36,301 bases of DNA from Sphacelaria rigidula (lineage: Eukaryota): NCBI GenBank assembly GCA_964200075.2, contig CAXNAA020000018.1:1-36301 (forward strand). The letters run 5' to 3'. The notes under the pieces are model-generated. The model was not told the DNA's origin and made no database searches. It was given only the letters and a program-made list of their open reading frames with translations. This document shows positions 1 to 12,700 of the stretch, piece by piece. Each line of letters starts with the position of its first letter. The first letter of the stretch is position 1. Position numbers and translations under genes: made by a program.

Positions 1-374
1 CCCCGACATCTCCCCTCTCTCCCTCCCCCCCCCCCTTCCGATCTGTGTTGTTTTGCGTGTGACCCCCCCCCCCCCCCCCCCCCTTTTCAAAGGGGATGAT
101 AATACTACGCAGTGTTTACATGGTGTGAGACGCCGATGGGGCAGTGTGTAAGTCGTGGCTGTTCCTTGAAGTGGTGATACAAGAAAATGAAGCAACGCAT
201 CGGAAGCTGTCATCTATGTGCAAGATGATCAGTACGCTTCGGGCCGAACAATCTTACCAGGATGCAGCTCACCCTTCATGCGACTCGCTGAGCACACCAC
301 GGCGCTTCGGGCTTGGTGATTGATTGTGAGCCTGGTCCGGCGAACACTCGGCGTGCTCCGTCCCGGCTTTGTAG

Positions 375-730
375 TGATGCGAGGTCAATGGTCATATCGC
401 TACGGCATGCATGATCATGAGTACACCCCCGCCCCCATGACCTGCCCGGTGTTTTTTGCGCCGCAGCACTGTGGGGACGACCTGGAGAACCCGGGAGACG
501 CACTGTATGGCTGGGAATTCTTGCCTCTAAAGCCATGCGATATCGTCACCGTGGTTGCAGACACGTTTCGGGGGACTGTCCGTTACCTTGTCAACGGCGT
601 GGACGCAGGCCTCGCCTTCGGGCCACCCGGATCTGGAGCCGCTTGCGCGCTTCCCGCGAGGGAAGCGCCCTTTCTGTGGAATGATGGCGCTATCCTCTTT
701 CCCTCGTGCAGCCTTACGAATGAAAAGCAG
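375..730 (+). CDS. Exon 1 in window: C-terminal half of a SPRY-like domain
   Basis: DIVTVVADTFRGTVRYLVNGVDAGLAF...LFPSCSL. Donor cag|gtgatc. Acceptor ctttgtag| is plausible but less certain because the upstream exon is not in view. Confidence 0.75.
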
Positions 731-3700
731 GTGATCACACTTTGAATCTTGGAACGGAATTCATGCGGGTGAGCCATGCGGTTCCACCAGCCCTCGTTGT
801 ATGTGTAAATATATATTAGGTGGCGCGTAGACCCTCACCTTTGGCACGGGGCACCCAGAGGTATGGGTATCTTGGCTGTGATGTACTATGCTCCCGGACT
901 GCGGAAGTGATTTAACTAGTGTTTGGCCCCATTAATGTACAACTTGTGTTTTTATTTTATCGCAGGTGGTTCAACTGCGGCCAGCCGGCACTCTCGGCAC
1001 ACAGCTGTGGCCTTTGTCGGTTGATCTCCACAAAACAGTAGCTTCGCTTGCTGGAAGGTTGTGCGCCACGATGGTGGCAGGTGCGTTGGTATGGAGATGA
1101 TTCACCCTTGCCACTGCATCGTCGCCTCACCTTGCTATTCTTATCTTCAGCGCACTTTGAGGTAGAATCGCAGTTTGACGTAGAATCGATGAGAAATCCC
1201 TAATTTCCTGTTTTTCCCCGATCCAGATGCCGCTCTCGGCCCGCGCAATGAGGTGACATGAAGTCAAGTGATGTTTGGTGTTGAAGGTTGTCAATTCATT
1301 TCAATCTTGCGAAGAAATGCGTGCAGCAGTACTGCTCTATTCGACAGCGCGCATGCCGCTCCTGTTGCTGACACCCAGCGCTCCCCGCCTGCGCTCATGT
1401 GCAGGAATCCCTCAAGATGAAAAAGAAGTTGCCCTGGAGCCTTGGCTACGATCACCTCTTCTCAGCGGGGGCGTGCAGGCATCTGAGAAAGTCATGGGCT
1501 CATCCGACTGGCGTAGTCTTGGCCGCCGGTCTTGGAAACAAGCATGGGATGGCGAGCAAGAAGGGCGACCGGTGCGCAGGCGCAGTTTTATGGGTTGGAC
1601 CAGCCGTGGGAGGGATGTGGCACGATATGCAACGCCTGCTGCAGAACGTGTTGGCAATGAAGATCAGAATCAAGCCAATAGCGATGTGAGCCTCGTCGTT
1701 CGAGTAATTGAAGCGACACGCATACCGAGGGGGTTGGTGTTGTGGCCAGATGATCCAGTGGTCCGTCTAACCGCCGATGTGGAGGGGCGCGATCACAGTG
1801 TTCACGAGGAGACGATGGTAGTCTCACGGTTATCTACCGCTATAAGGGTGGATTCGTTGTCTGTCGCGGGTGAGTTGCAAGCTGCCAGCGATGGTGGCAG
1901 CACGGCACAGCACCGCTTATGCCCAGCAGAGGTAACGTGCTTGGAGGATGAAACAAGGTGCGGGCAGCAAGAGCACACATTTGCGCTGCGCGTAGCGACG
2001 AGAACGTCCGCGGTTGGCAGCCATGACCGCGGCAGTTGGGTGAGTCCCGTTTCACTCAGAATTGAGGTACTGGTTGGCGGCCTTGTCACCTGTTTCGGGA
2101 AAGTGAGTCTGCCGTATACGCAGGCACTGACGACCGGAGCGAACAACAGTCGCCACGTGGTGCAGTTAAGCGGTGGGGCTGCGATGACCATCGGCGTCAA
2201 TCTGGCTATTGTCAAGCCTTGGCCCAATGACGCTGCGGATGATGCATCTCCCAGTGTATGCAAGATTCCACAGAAATTTGCAAACCAGAGCCCTCGGGTA
2301 CGAAGCGACTCTGTGGGATCCAGCAAACCTGCAGGCGGTATTCACATGCAGCGCTTTCTTCGAAGCATCGCTTCGCACAGAGCAGACAAACACACGACTT
2401 CCTCGGTCGCGGGCACTGGTGGCGAAGACCCGCTCGTCTCAAGATCAACGGATGACAATCGGACCGGCGGAGATGCCGGAACGAATAGGCAAATCGAACC
2501 AGACGAGGGTTCCCTGTTTACAGACTTGGCGAAATGGCTTGGGCGGTCACATCCTGACCCTCCGTTTCTTCGCATGGCGCTGGAGAAAACTGGCAACTAC
2601 TCGTTCCCGTATGTGGAGGCGCCGTTTGTAGCAGCGTTACTCAAACATAGCGGCCTGGTGGGTGAGGCATTCCACGCTGCGAGAATGATGGCAGTCGAGA
2701 AGGAAGGTGAGTTATCATTAGGGGTCACTCTTCAGTATTACTTTCCTCCTGTAGTTGTAAGAGAAGGTTCAGATGGTGCTAAGGATTGCTTTAGGTACGA
2801 TGTATACTCGTATTGGCATAGATATGGTCTCTTGAAATTCCCTCGCGTGCTGTCGTAGCTTGACAGGAATGTTCTTATCAAGTTCTTGGCACTCACGACG
2901 AGTAACTGTATGTGCCCATATCAGGAGCAGAAGCGGAAACGCACGTGCCGTGTCCCACGAATGACATGGCAAAGCTGTGGGGACGGGTCCGGCAGCTACG
3001 GGCGCATTTGCGTACTCAAAGACAGCAATATAAGGTAAGCCGGTCTTCTGGAATTCATCGTGCACTATTATGTGTGTTGCCATCCCATCTATTCCGGACG
3101 CTAGTCTGCACCGTTTGGTTTATGTGGGCGCGTCAGCTGGGGTCACACAGGAGAAAGGCCAATGTAGAAGTTTTTTTCTTGTGTTTTAGTACTCCACCTC
3201 CATTCAGCGGGGCCTGCCTTACTTTTTTATCGCGAGAGGAGTTCAGCGGTCCCTTCCCCTCGTCGACCGCGAAGTCATTTCTTGTGTACCCACGATATAG
3301 TCTTTCTCCACTGTTGGGTATGGTGTGAGAAAAATACTCCACCTTCCTTCTGCGGTACTTCCCTTCTTTTCTTATCGCGAGAGGCGGTCAGAGGTGCATT
3401 TCCCTCGTCGACCGTGAAGTCGACTTCTTTGTGCACCCTCGACAAAGTCGCTCTCCACTGTTTTGCGTGGTGTGAGAAAAAATCCCAGATCGTGACTGCA
3501 CCGAGATTCGAACCCACGACCCAACAACCGTCAGAAGGTTCCGAGGTTACCAACTGAGCCACCGGAGCGGCCACCAGTGAACGCTTCACTAAAGGGAAGA
3601 ACTCAAGTGTGTATTTCACGGTGGAAAAGCCACCCACGTAGGCACCAAGGTTACAGCAACTCGCTCCAACTGAACGAGAGTAGGTCCACGGATGGCATCT

Positions 3701-6700
3701 CCGCGATGCCGTTCGAGGATTGCGCCACTTCATGGTGTTTCATGCACATCGGGCGAGTTCACTGCGCAGATGTAAGCTATAACTGCAGCCATGACGATTG
3801 ATGATACATCAACCAACGCTGTAGAGTTCCGTTCTCTGAACGGAATAAGCATAGCTGGACGCTCCGGGTGTACTTGTATCACTTCGCCCCGGCTTTCACA
3901 GTACGGAATGATGGCCTGAGCTTTGATGAAGAGTGTAGGCGGATCTTAGAATAATAAACTGTGTCCATTATGCAGTCCGGTAGGTTGACCACATGATCAT
4001 ATTCGTCGGAAGTGCTGGGAAGCTCAATAGCCGTTGCGCGTGACATGGGCAGAGTTTTGGTGACACCGCTGATGTGCGCTTCTATGCTACTCCGTCAGGT
4101 TATGGCCGCAGACAACGAGCCCGGAGACACGAGAGCGACGGAATCTCTGGATCCTGCTCACGGAGACGCGTCTCACCCTGGCGATGTGACGGAAGGATTT
4201 GGCAACCTGTCAGCAGAAGAGAAAAACGAAACGGAGGCAGAAACGGAACGGGAGCAAGAACCTGACTACAACCAAGACCAGCACGCTCCCGATGGCCATG
4301 ATGACGAAGGGAAAACCTTGCATGCGGCGACCTTTGCCGAGTTGTGCACGCACATGACAGAACGTGCGAACTTCCTACTCGAGGTATCCAAGCACTGACC
4401 GATTAATTGTAAAATCGTGATTTCCACATGCTCAGCGCATACATTGGTTGTCGAGATCATGTGTTTGATCTTGGTTGACTTCGCCTACCCGAACGATGTC
4501 TACGCAACGTGAATATCTGTTTCTAGCAAAGAAAATGCCCCCGTTTCACAAATTGCGTACAGTCGATATTATGCTTAGCCTGTTCGAGCGGGATTCCAGA
4601 CCATAGAATTCAGACACGATCGTGGAACTATTTCAAGTTTAGAAGGTTATTGAATTATACCAATGGTACCAGGTAGTTATTGCGAAGCTATCACAGCGCC
4701 TATGTGTCTACCCGCACGTTGTTGACCCATATGCTGCCCACCGCATGTCCGATTTTCGCAAGTTGGCACCTTCGACGATTCGGTGTGCTAGCGCTGCGGC
4801 CGAGGGCACGTCGGCACTTATGCACCACTTGGCGGAGGAGATGTCAGACTTGCCAACACCGCCCCCGGCACGGTTGCAATCACGACTACTACGCTGGCGT
4901 TCGGAGGACCATGGCAAGGAGCGATGGAAATGCGTTGTGGATGTGTTACGCGTACAAAGCCAGGTACCCGAGAAGCCCGCTTTATTTTACTCGCCGCGAT
5001 ACCTCTTGTGCTACTTTTGATGCTTTTCTCGGGGAAACTCAACTCCGAATTTCCCCCTCTTGTCTCACTTGTATGAAGAGTATGTTGTGCTCTGCGAGGG
5101 TTACCTCGTTATTTGTACGTTTTGTACTCTGCGATGTTGTGGCTCCAATATTATATCTCGATCCCTGTGTTCCGTGTGCAGCTCCGAAGGTCCGCGTCCA
5201 TGTCCTTCCGTCCGCGTGCCAAGAGCTTGGGAAGCAGGCCACTCGTTCATGCGGAAACCTTGCCTCAGCGTGAGAACGCTCCAGGGTGAGTTGACCGTGC
5301 ACTTTTCGCCTCCAGTCGAGCACGACTGCAATTTAGCAATTGTCGCCGTGATTGCTGCAGGGGTACGATATTTGATTATCTACTTGTTGAAGCTACAGGT
5401 CCGGCGAGATCACAAATTGTTCTGGTATAACAGGTTTGCATGACGTCAGCGTGAATGTCCCTCCTCCTTCGCATATTGGATGCCGACACGTACTTGTCAG
5501 TGGGCTCAACCTGTCCAGCGACTGCATCCGAGAGGGTCACGTCATTCATCAAGGCACTTCACTAACTTTCACCAAAGATACGGACTGCAGTTTCACTTTA
5601 CATGGAGGATTGGAGAATCTGCCACGAGACAGCAGCTGTGTTTCAGGAGACGAGTCCGACGATTCAGGCGAAAGTGGATTGCTTGATGACGCAACAGCCG
5701 CAACTGCAGCTTTGCAAGTGAGGACGCGTCTTCTACAACGCCCCACCTTTTTAGAATCAATCGCAGCACCTTGTATACTTTGACGTAACATAAATGCTCT
5801 CCCCGTTGCCGTGGTGCTTGTTGTCGCACAAACAGGGGCACCCCTTGAAGTCCGGTTGTATTCATTGGTAAATTTACTTTTTTTCCTCAAGCTATCACTG
5901 ACAACATGCATGCGACAGTCACAACCCCACAAGCCTTCTACTGAAATCCAGGCGTGCACAATCTATGTCACTACGGGAGGTGCAGTGGCACCACCACGAA
6001 CTCTCAAGGCCGCCCTCCGCAACCGCACATCTCGGGCGGTCATGCGCAAATTCGGGTTGGAGGCTTTGGCTGCTCTCATACGGACACTAGCCCCAGACGG
6101 AGTCGCAGATGCATCAGTTGGGGCACACTCTACGGTTCAGGTTAGTCATGAATGTGTGCTGGACTCTGTACAGCGAACGTGTCTTTGTTGGAGTACTAAT
6201 TGAAAACTGGTTAGCGGAAGAGCACTTATACGTCGTCCTTCAAGGTGTCACTCACGCACAGTAATTTGAGGTGTTGGTCGTGGCATTCAAGGAAGTAGGT
6301 TGAAGCGATGTACCGCCCATCGAGTTGGCGGTGGCATGCCCTCGGTGCCACCGCGTGTTTGTTGTTATCCGAAATGCACGGAAATGATAGCAAACCTCTG
6401 CCGGGCACAAGCGTCCCTCAAGAGTAACCATGCCTCTCCTATCCGTTCTTGCTGACTGTGTTTTCCGTGTTCGCCGTGTTCGCCGTGTTCGCCGTGTTCA
6501 CGTCTCGGGCTGTGTGGTCTCTCAATCATGGGTTGCATAACTAGGAAGCTTTGGTGTTCCTGAGACCAGCTTTCCGGGGTTTATGTGTCAAGGTGGCCAA
6601 GGATGGGAATGAGGTAACAATTTTTTGTCTGATTATCAAATCTATGCAGCTGGTGACCACGTGATGCTGTTCACGGTTAGGACGAATAAATCATAGTACT

Positions 6701-9700
6701 CGTACATCATTTGTAATTTATACAGCTTCTCAGCTCGTGTGTCGTGCAGTATAACTCACAGGTACCCGCTTCCTACCTTCCATGAGTACCGGGGTAAATA
6801 ATGGGCACATTGTCAACCCTGCACTGCAAATTCGAATGCATCGATTGTACATGCCACGCACTTCTTACCATCATGAGTCGGGAATGCCATGTACAACTTG
6901 CTTAACCAAGTCGTTCGAGGTGAGCGCACGTACATTTTTCCCACATTCGGGCTAATGCGGGACCAACAAGTTGTACAGGTTGAACCTTCACTTCCGATGG
7001 CCCTGAACCACGCGTAATTTTCTCACAGNNNNNNNNNNTGCATATGTGTTATCCACCCTCGACTCAGCAAGACCAACAGTTTATACAGCATAACTGCTTT
7101 CGCATCATGAGGAGTCGACTCGTATGAACTCTGATTCGTCCTAACCGTGATCCTGTTCTTACGTACAGGGATGCGAGCCTAAATGCCGCGTAGAAACGCA
7201 GAGTTGCATGCGGTGTTATGTAGGTACGCTGCACGAATATGTGAGTCGGTAATCCCTCCTGGATATACTGTGTGCTCCTTCTTGTGGTCAGGCGGAAATA
7301 AAGAATGACGAGCACGATCCGCGTCATCACTACCTCAAAGGATTGGAGGGATGCTCGGCCAGTTTGTTAGCTGGGGTGCAATCCTCGTTCGAGGATTTGT
7401 ACGGGCTTCTCCAGACTTTGCTCGACCACAGTCTACAAGCGGGGCAGGTGATAAGCTTAGATTATTGCATAGCACAAACCAAATGTGCGCTGGTCTTATT
7501 TTGCGCTGAGGAAGGTAACGGCAAAGAGAGCAAACTCGTGGACTGTCGCGAAATGGCTCCCTAAAGTGCAAAGATGTATGCGCAAAGCTGCGTTCTCTCC
7601 GGGCTGACCGTCAAAGCTTCTGTGTGCTCTCGCTTCGGTTGAACATCTCGCGACATGCTCATGTGCCCGCTCAGCCTGGACTGGCCCACGTGCTCATGAC
7701 AAGTTGGGCTCTCGATTTCGAATCTCGAGACCACCGCTTCTTGGCGCACAAATCGGGCATTCTTCCTACTCTTCAAGCAATGGTGACTCTCACCAATACT
7801 GCCCGCATGGCCAGCTCTTTGTCGGCACGACTGGACCCTGCAATTGCATGCCCGGAGGGAAACAGTGTAACGGAGAAATCGACGATTTGGTGGCAGCACT
7901 GGACCCCTTGGTCTCTTGACAGCATCCGAGAAGGGTTTGTTCAGGTATTGTTCCAGTCGCAAAGCGCAGCAAGTTGTGTAGAAGAGAGCATATGAAGTAG
8001 TGGTATAGCGGTATAGCTGTACGGCAGTACTGTGGTGCATATAGGAATCATCGCAGCACGGTCCCCTGTATGCTTCTTTCGTGAGTCACATCCTTGTTTT
8101 GCTTCCCTTCGAATTAACACCTTGTTGTGCATGGTGACCAGGGGACGCTGATGGCACGTGATTTGGCCCGACACATCAGCCGCATTCCGCCGTCGACCCT
8201 TCCCCCGGGATTCCTCAAGGAAGCTGAATTACACGGGTCTGCAGCGGACATTTTGCGACGGCACTCTATGGCCTCTCTAATGCAACGATACAGCGCACTG
8301 CTGCGCACTCACCTGAAACATTCTGGAGTAGAGCTCGCGAAGCAAGTGGCTTCTGCTGCAGAGAAGCGGAATAATCTAGAGGTGACAGTGTTGACTTGTG
8401 CGCGGGAATCCACCGGTGGTGGATCCATCATCGTGTCACACGCGTTTCCCAAAGTGTTTCGTATTTCTTGTGATACTACGGTAGCTTTTGAGGAATATGG
8501 CGTCAACTCTAGTTCAATGTCACAAGACCTTGTGAAGCCGTAATCGACTCTGCGCAAGCTTGCTCTCACCGATAACCGGAGTCCACCCCATATGTACCCT
8601 TCATTCCTTTACTATTCCACCCTGACATGACTGTCGCTTCGCTTTTTCCTTTATCCTGTGCACTCCAGAACCTCGCACGTGAGCGTGTCGCCGAAATGGT
8701 TGCCCGCGGTGTTCCGGTACTCGATGAGCGGGAAGGCAAAAAGGCGCCAGAAGTCCAGCTAACTGCCCTTTGCTCTTGGGCGACCGTGCCGTTGGTTGAG
8801 TCAGTAGCGTGTACATTTGCTCGAGGCGTGATGTACATGGGCACTGGTGCCGTACCTGTAGCGGAGGCTTCGTCCGTGTTTTCATCTATAGCTAAAAGCG
8901 GAAATTACTATGAAGTGACGGTGATGAACCCGGGTGACAAGACGACAATAGGCGTTGGCCTAGCAGACCCTGACGTATTCCCAGCCACCAAGCAGATGCC
9001 CGGCTGGATTGACCATTCGTATGGTTACCATGGAGACGATGGGCGCAAGTTCGGGCGGGGTAAAACAGACAGCATATGGCCGACGTGGGTGGATGGTGAC
9101 GTGATTGGCTGCGGATTTGATCCTGCTAGGGGTGCCATATGGTAAGTCATGTGCATACTGAGTCAAGCTGGGTTGCAGAGAGCGCCCCTTTCGCCCCCCG
9201 CGCCCAGGCCTGCCCTTGTCGCGTGCGTGAGCGCCTTTGATTGCACAGAATACATGGACGACGGTATCGATTCCATTGTCTGTTATATGCCACATTCTCA
9301 GGTACACCCGGAACGGCAAGCTGCTGGGAGACGGTTTTTTGGCGGTTCACGAGTCGAATTTGGTACCAGTGGTGGGCTTTCACAGCAATGGCGAGAGTGT
9401 TCGGGTGAATTTCGGTGTCTCACCTTTTCTATATGAGGTGAGGTCGTCCATAAGCTACTCCGGGAGCGGCGGAGGCTACAAAGGCGTGGCATCTGGTTCG
9501 CACTGGGAGGTTTTGCACATGATAACCAGAGTGATGTCACCTAGGCCCTGGCGTGTCTTTCCTTGACGTAGTTCTGCACAGCTATCAGACAATTGAAGGC
9601 AACACAATACCCGACATTGTAGTTAACATCAACCGTTTTTCAACTGTTGAAGCGGTTATGAGGGCATAAATTCCACTAGGCGAGTGCTGTAAAAGGGCGC

Positions 9701-12700
9701 AGTTTCCGAAGTCAGTCGAGTGGTTGCCGACTCTTGTTGTCGGTACATTCCAGCGTTCTTGTCTGACTGTAGATGCGTGTCTGGTGGGTCTACGTAACAG
9801 GGAGATGAGGTGATCGTGGCTCCAGCTGTGCTTGCTGAGCGCGAGCGACTGCGGCAGGAGGCGTCAGAGGGGCCATTCCGAGATGCTGCCTTGGTTGAGG
9901 GCGCGGAACACGTGGCCGCCGGAGACAGAACAGACGGTGGACTGGGCGAAGGGAAGGGTGAGCAAGTACAGCCGCGGCAGAGTGGTGACCCCAGCGATTC
10001 TCGTATTCACCATTTCGAGTCGATCTCACCAGAAGCGGTGGCACCTTCTATCAAGAAATTGCAGGCAGGCGCCTCAAGTTTGCTCCGCTTTTTGGTCGCA
10101 GTCAGCATGCGGCAGGCTACGCCGGCAGCTGTTTCCGCTCCGCGGGAGGGTGTCATGCGGGAGTCAGCAAGAAATGGGTCGCCTAGTCGAGTTGAAGGTA
10201 GTCGCCAGGTGACGAGGGAGCATGGCAAGCGTTCAGCCCCATCGACGCGAACGCCGGTGGTCGGGGATGATGGAACGGCTGCGGGTGTAACCGTTGCCAG
10301 TTCGATACCGCCGACGCGAGAGCGTTCCATGTACGGAACCCCGCTTCAGCACATGCAAACGCACGTTGACAGCTTGCATCAGGTGCAGTTTGGAGTCTAT
10401 TTTGGAATGTAGACGTGAACTGGAATAAACTGTTGATTTTTTATCAGTCGCCGCCTTTCTTCGAGCGAGTGACCATGTTGAAACGAGCATATCTCAAGAC
10501 AACGGAGCAACATGTGGGCTTCCTCAAGCTCATGTTCAACTCACCATCTCATGGAAACACTATGTGCCGTCGTTTTTCTGACATGTTTCTCGTTATGCCA
10601 TTCAGGATATATTCGACCTCATTTTCCGGGAGCTTCGATTGGGTGCGCTGAGTCTCTCTCACATTTCCACCACGACAACAGACACCGCAACCCCAGACGC
10701 ATCGAAGAGGGCGCGAAGCAGAGTCGGATTCGATTTTCCCGGCCGGTCTTCGGCAGGGATGTTCGTTCCGGCAGAAGGCGTGAAACCGGAAATGCGCCGA
10801 AGCTATAGTCATGGTAGTTGCTTGCCTGGTGTAGATGGGCGCACCTCGAATATTCGTAAGGGTGTGCGTGTGTCCGGGGGAAGCACTGACGAGGAGGAAA
10901 ATGCTACTGTTCCGGACTCGGGATTGTGGGCGTTGGAGATAGGAGACGTCGAGCCGCACGTGTATGGGCAACTAGCTCTGTTGTGTTCTTTGCGAAACTA
11001 TGCGGTTGCTCGAGTGCAGCTATCCCACCCGTCGGCTCTTGGCTCCATCCTTTGCTTGCTCAAGGTCGGTTCGCCTCGGGTGCAGAGGTGAGAGCCGTTG
11101 TTGCGCATGAAGTCGGATGGATACTCACTGCAGGCTGTATCGCAGTTTGACTTTATCCCATTTTGAACTCTCGTCGGCCGCTCTCGCTGTATAGATGTAT
11201 ATGCTGCCCTAATTTGGACGAAGTGGTCAAAGTGGCACCAGTGTAGCCTATAGCTCTGATTCAGCGTTTTGCGGCTGATTTGCCTCTCGATTGTTCAGGT
11301 GCGTAATCCTTCTGCTCGGGTCTGTGCTGCCCGGCGTAGAACCGACTGTCGTTGACACTTGCTTGCCGGAGAATTGGCTTCGCCCGGAACGCGAACCTGC
11401 ATGTACACCCAACATCAGGTACGTCGTGATGCTTTAACTGAAGACCATCTTCTTGCTTTGCTGTGAGGAGGAGCGTAGGCAGGCCGTTCTCTTGCGTCGT
11501 CACCTCGAAACATGAATTCACTTTTAACCCTAAGTTGAGTCTTTGCGAATATGTTCTGCAGTCGATGAGTCTCCCTCCAGTTGTATATCTTCCCGCCTGA
11601 ATTCGGTGTGTGCAAGTGCTTGTAGCTTGAGAACGGCTAGGAACGTCGTCTTGTCGGTCATATCTAGCCTTTCGTTCCGTATGCGCGCGCGCGCATTAAG
11701 TTTGGCCTAGTTTTTGGGTTTTGAGCTTGAACGAGATTTTTTGGATGTTGCGACAATTTTTTATGCGCCTCCTGCAGCCACACTAGCAGCTGCCCGCAAG
11801 TGCTCCATGTGGCGTGACTTGTCATCAGACAGGCCGACAGGCCTGAGGCTTCAATACTTCAAGCTTCGTGGTCGTGTTTCGTGTGCCTGTTGTGCTGCGG
11901 GTCTGATCAGCGAAACGTTCAACCTTATATTCTATATACGTGGTACTATGTTGTGTTCACAAATGATAATAGGTGATAGCCCTTAAACCCTAAGCCAAGC
12001 TCATCGACTTCGTTTACATGAAGCAGCACGCAGGCCATACCAGGAACGAAGTCCGCCAGCTTGCTGTTTTCACCTTGTAACTCCCGAGGTCATGGTGGGC
12101 CCAGTGTCCGAGAAGGACGACTTTTTGGTCGCGGCCTCAGCCGCGCACTGTCGTTTTGGGACAACAAGAACAGGCCTCCCAGTTAGTATCTCGTGGCGAT
12201 GGACATTGAACTTATCCAGCAATCCTCCGCATTTATGGGGCGAGTGTTTTCGGTTCTGAGGGGGTACTTGAACTCCCGGCAGGAGAAGGCGTTAGGTGAC
12301 CAGATCGAATCGGCGGTTATGATCAAGTACAATCGGTACTGGCAGTTCGACGATATTTTCAATGTCGGCTGACGGTAGATGATGGGGGCGGGGGAAGCTG
12401 TAGCTTTGTAGCTTGCCGGGCGAGGGGTCAAAGGCTGCACTGCCCCGTGTCCAGATGCTGCAATGCCCTACTGGTGTATCATGTATAAGTGTAGTGGCGT
12501 TTGTTGTTCCCGTAGGTGTGTTAGGGCGTAGGTGTGCAGGTCGTGGCCTTCAAACTCAATGAAGAAAGTGTCATTTTTTAATTAAAATGAACATCAAAAC
12601 TTCGAACGCTCAACTTGTCGTCTTGTCCTCATGCTATAATAGAAGGCGCGCCTCGTGAGGGGATACTGCCACAACGCCACAAGAACAGGAACAAGGCGCA

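Noticed and set aside
1..96. Long poly-C runs (G-quadruplex-like on the minus strand)
   Set aside because: Intronic homopolymers whose lengths are error-prone in sequencing; no evidence of function.
3497..3572. Possible tRNA gene on the minus strand
   Set aside because: A and B boxes are present, but the acceptor and D stems pair poorly and it runs into a repeat body; better explained as a SINE head.
6465..6499. CRISPR-like array
   Set aside because: Head-to-tail 9-mers without spacers in a eukaryotic intron; a simple minisatellite.
6890..6977. 11-bp inverted repeat TGTACAACTTG / CAAGTTGTACA
   Set aside because: Short, with no TSD or extended pairing; cannot be told from chance or a very old MITE.
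11714..11986. 90-aa ORF inside the hAT element as a possible transposase N-terminus
   Set aside because: No BED finger or other recognisable transposase motif, and a non-ATG start.
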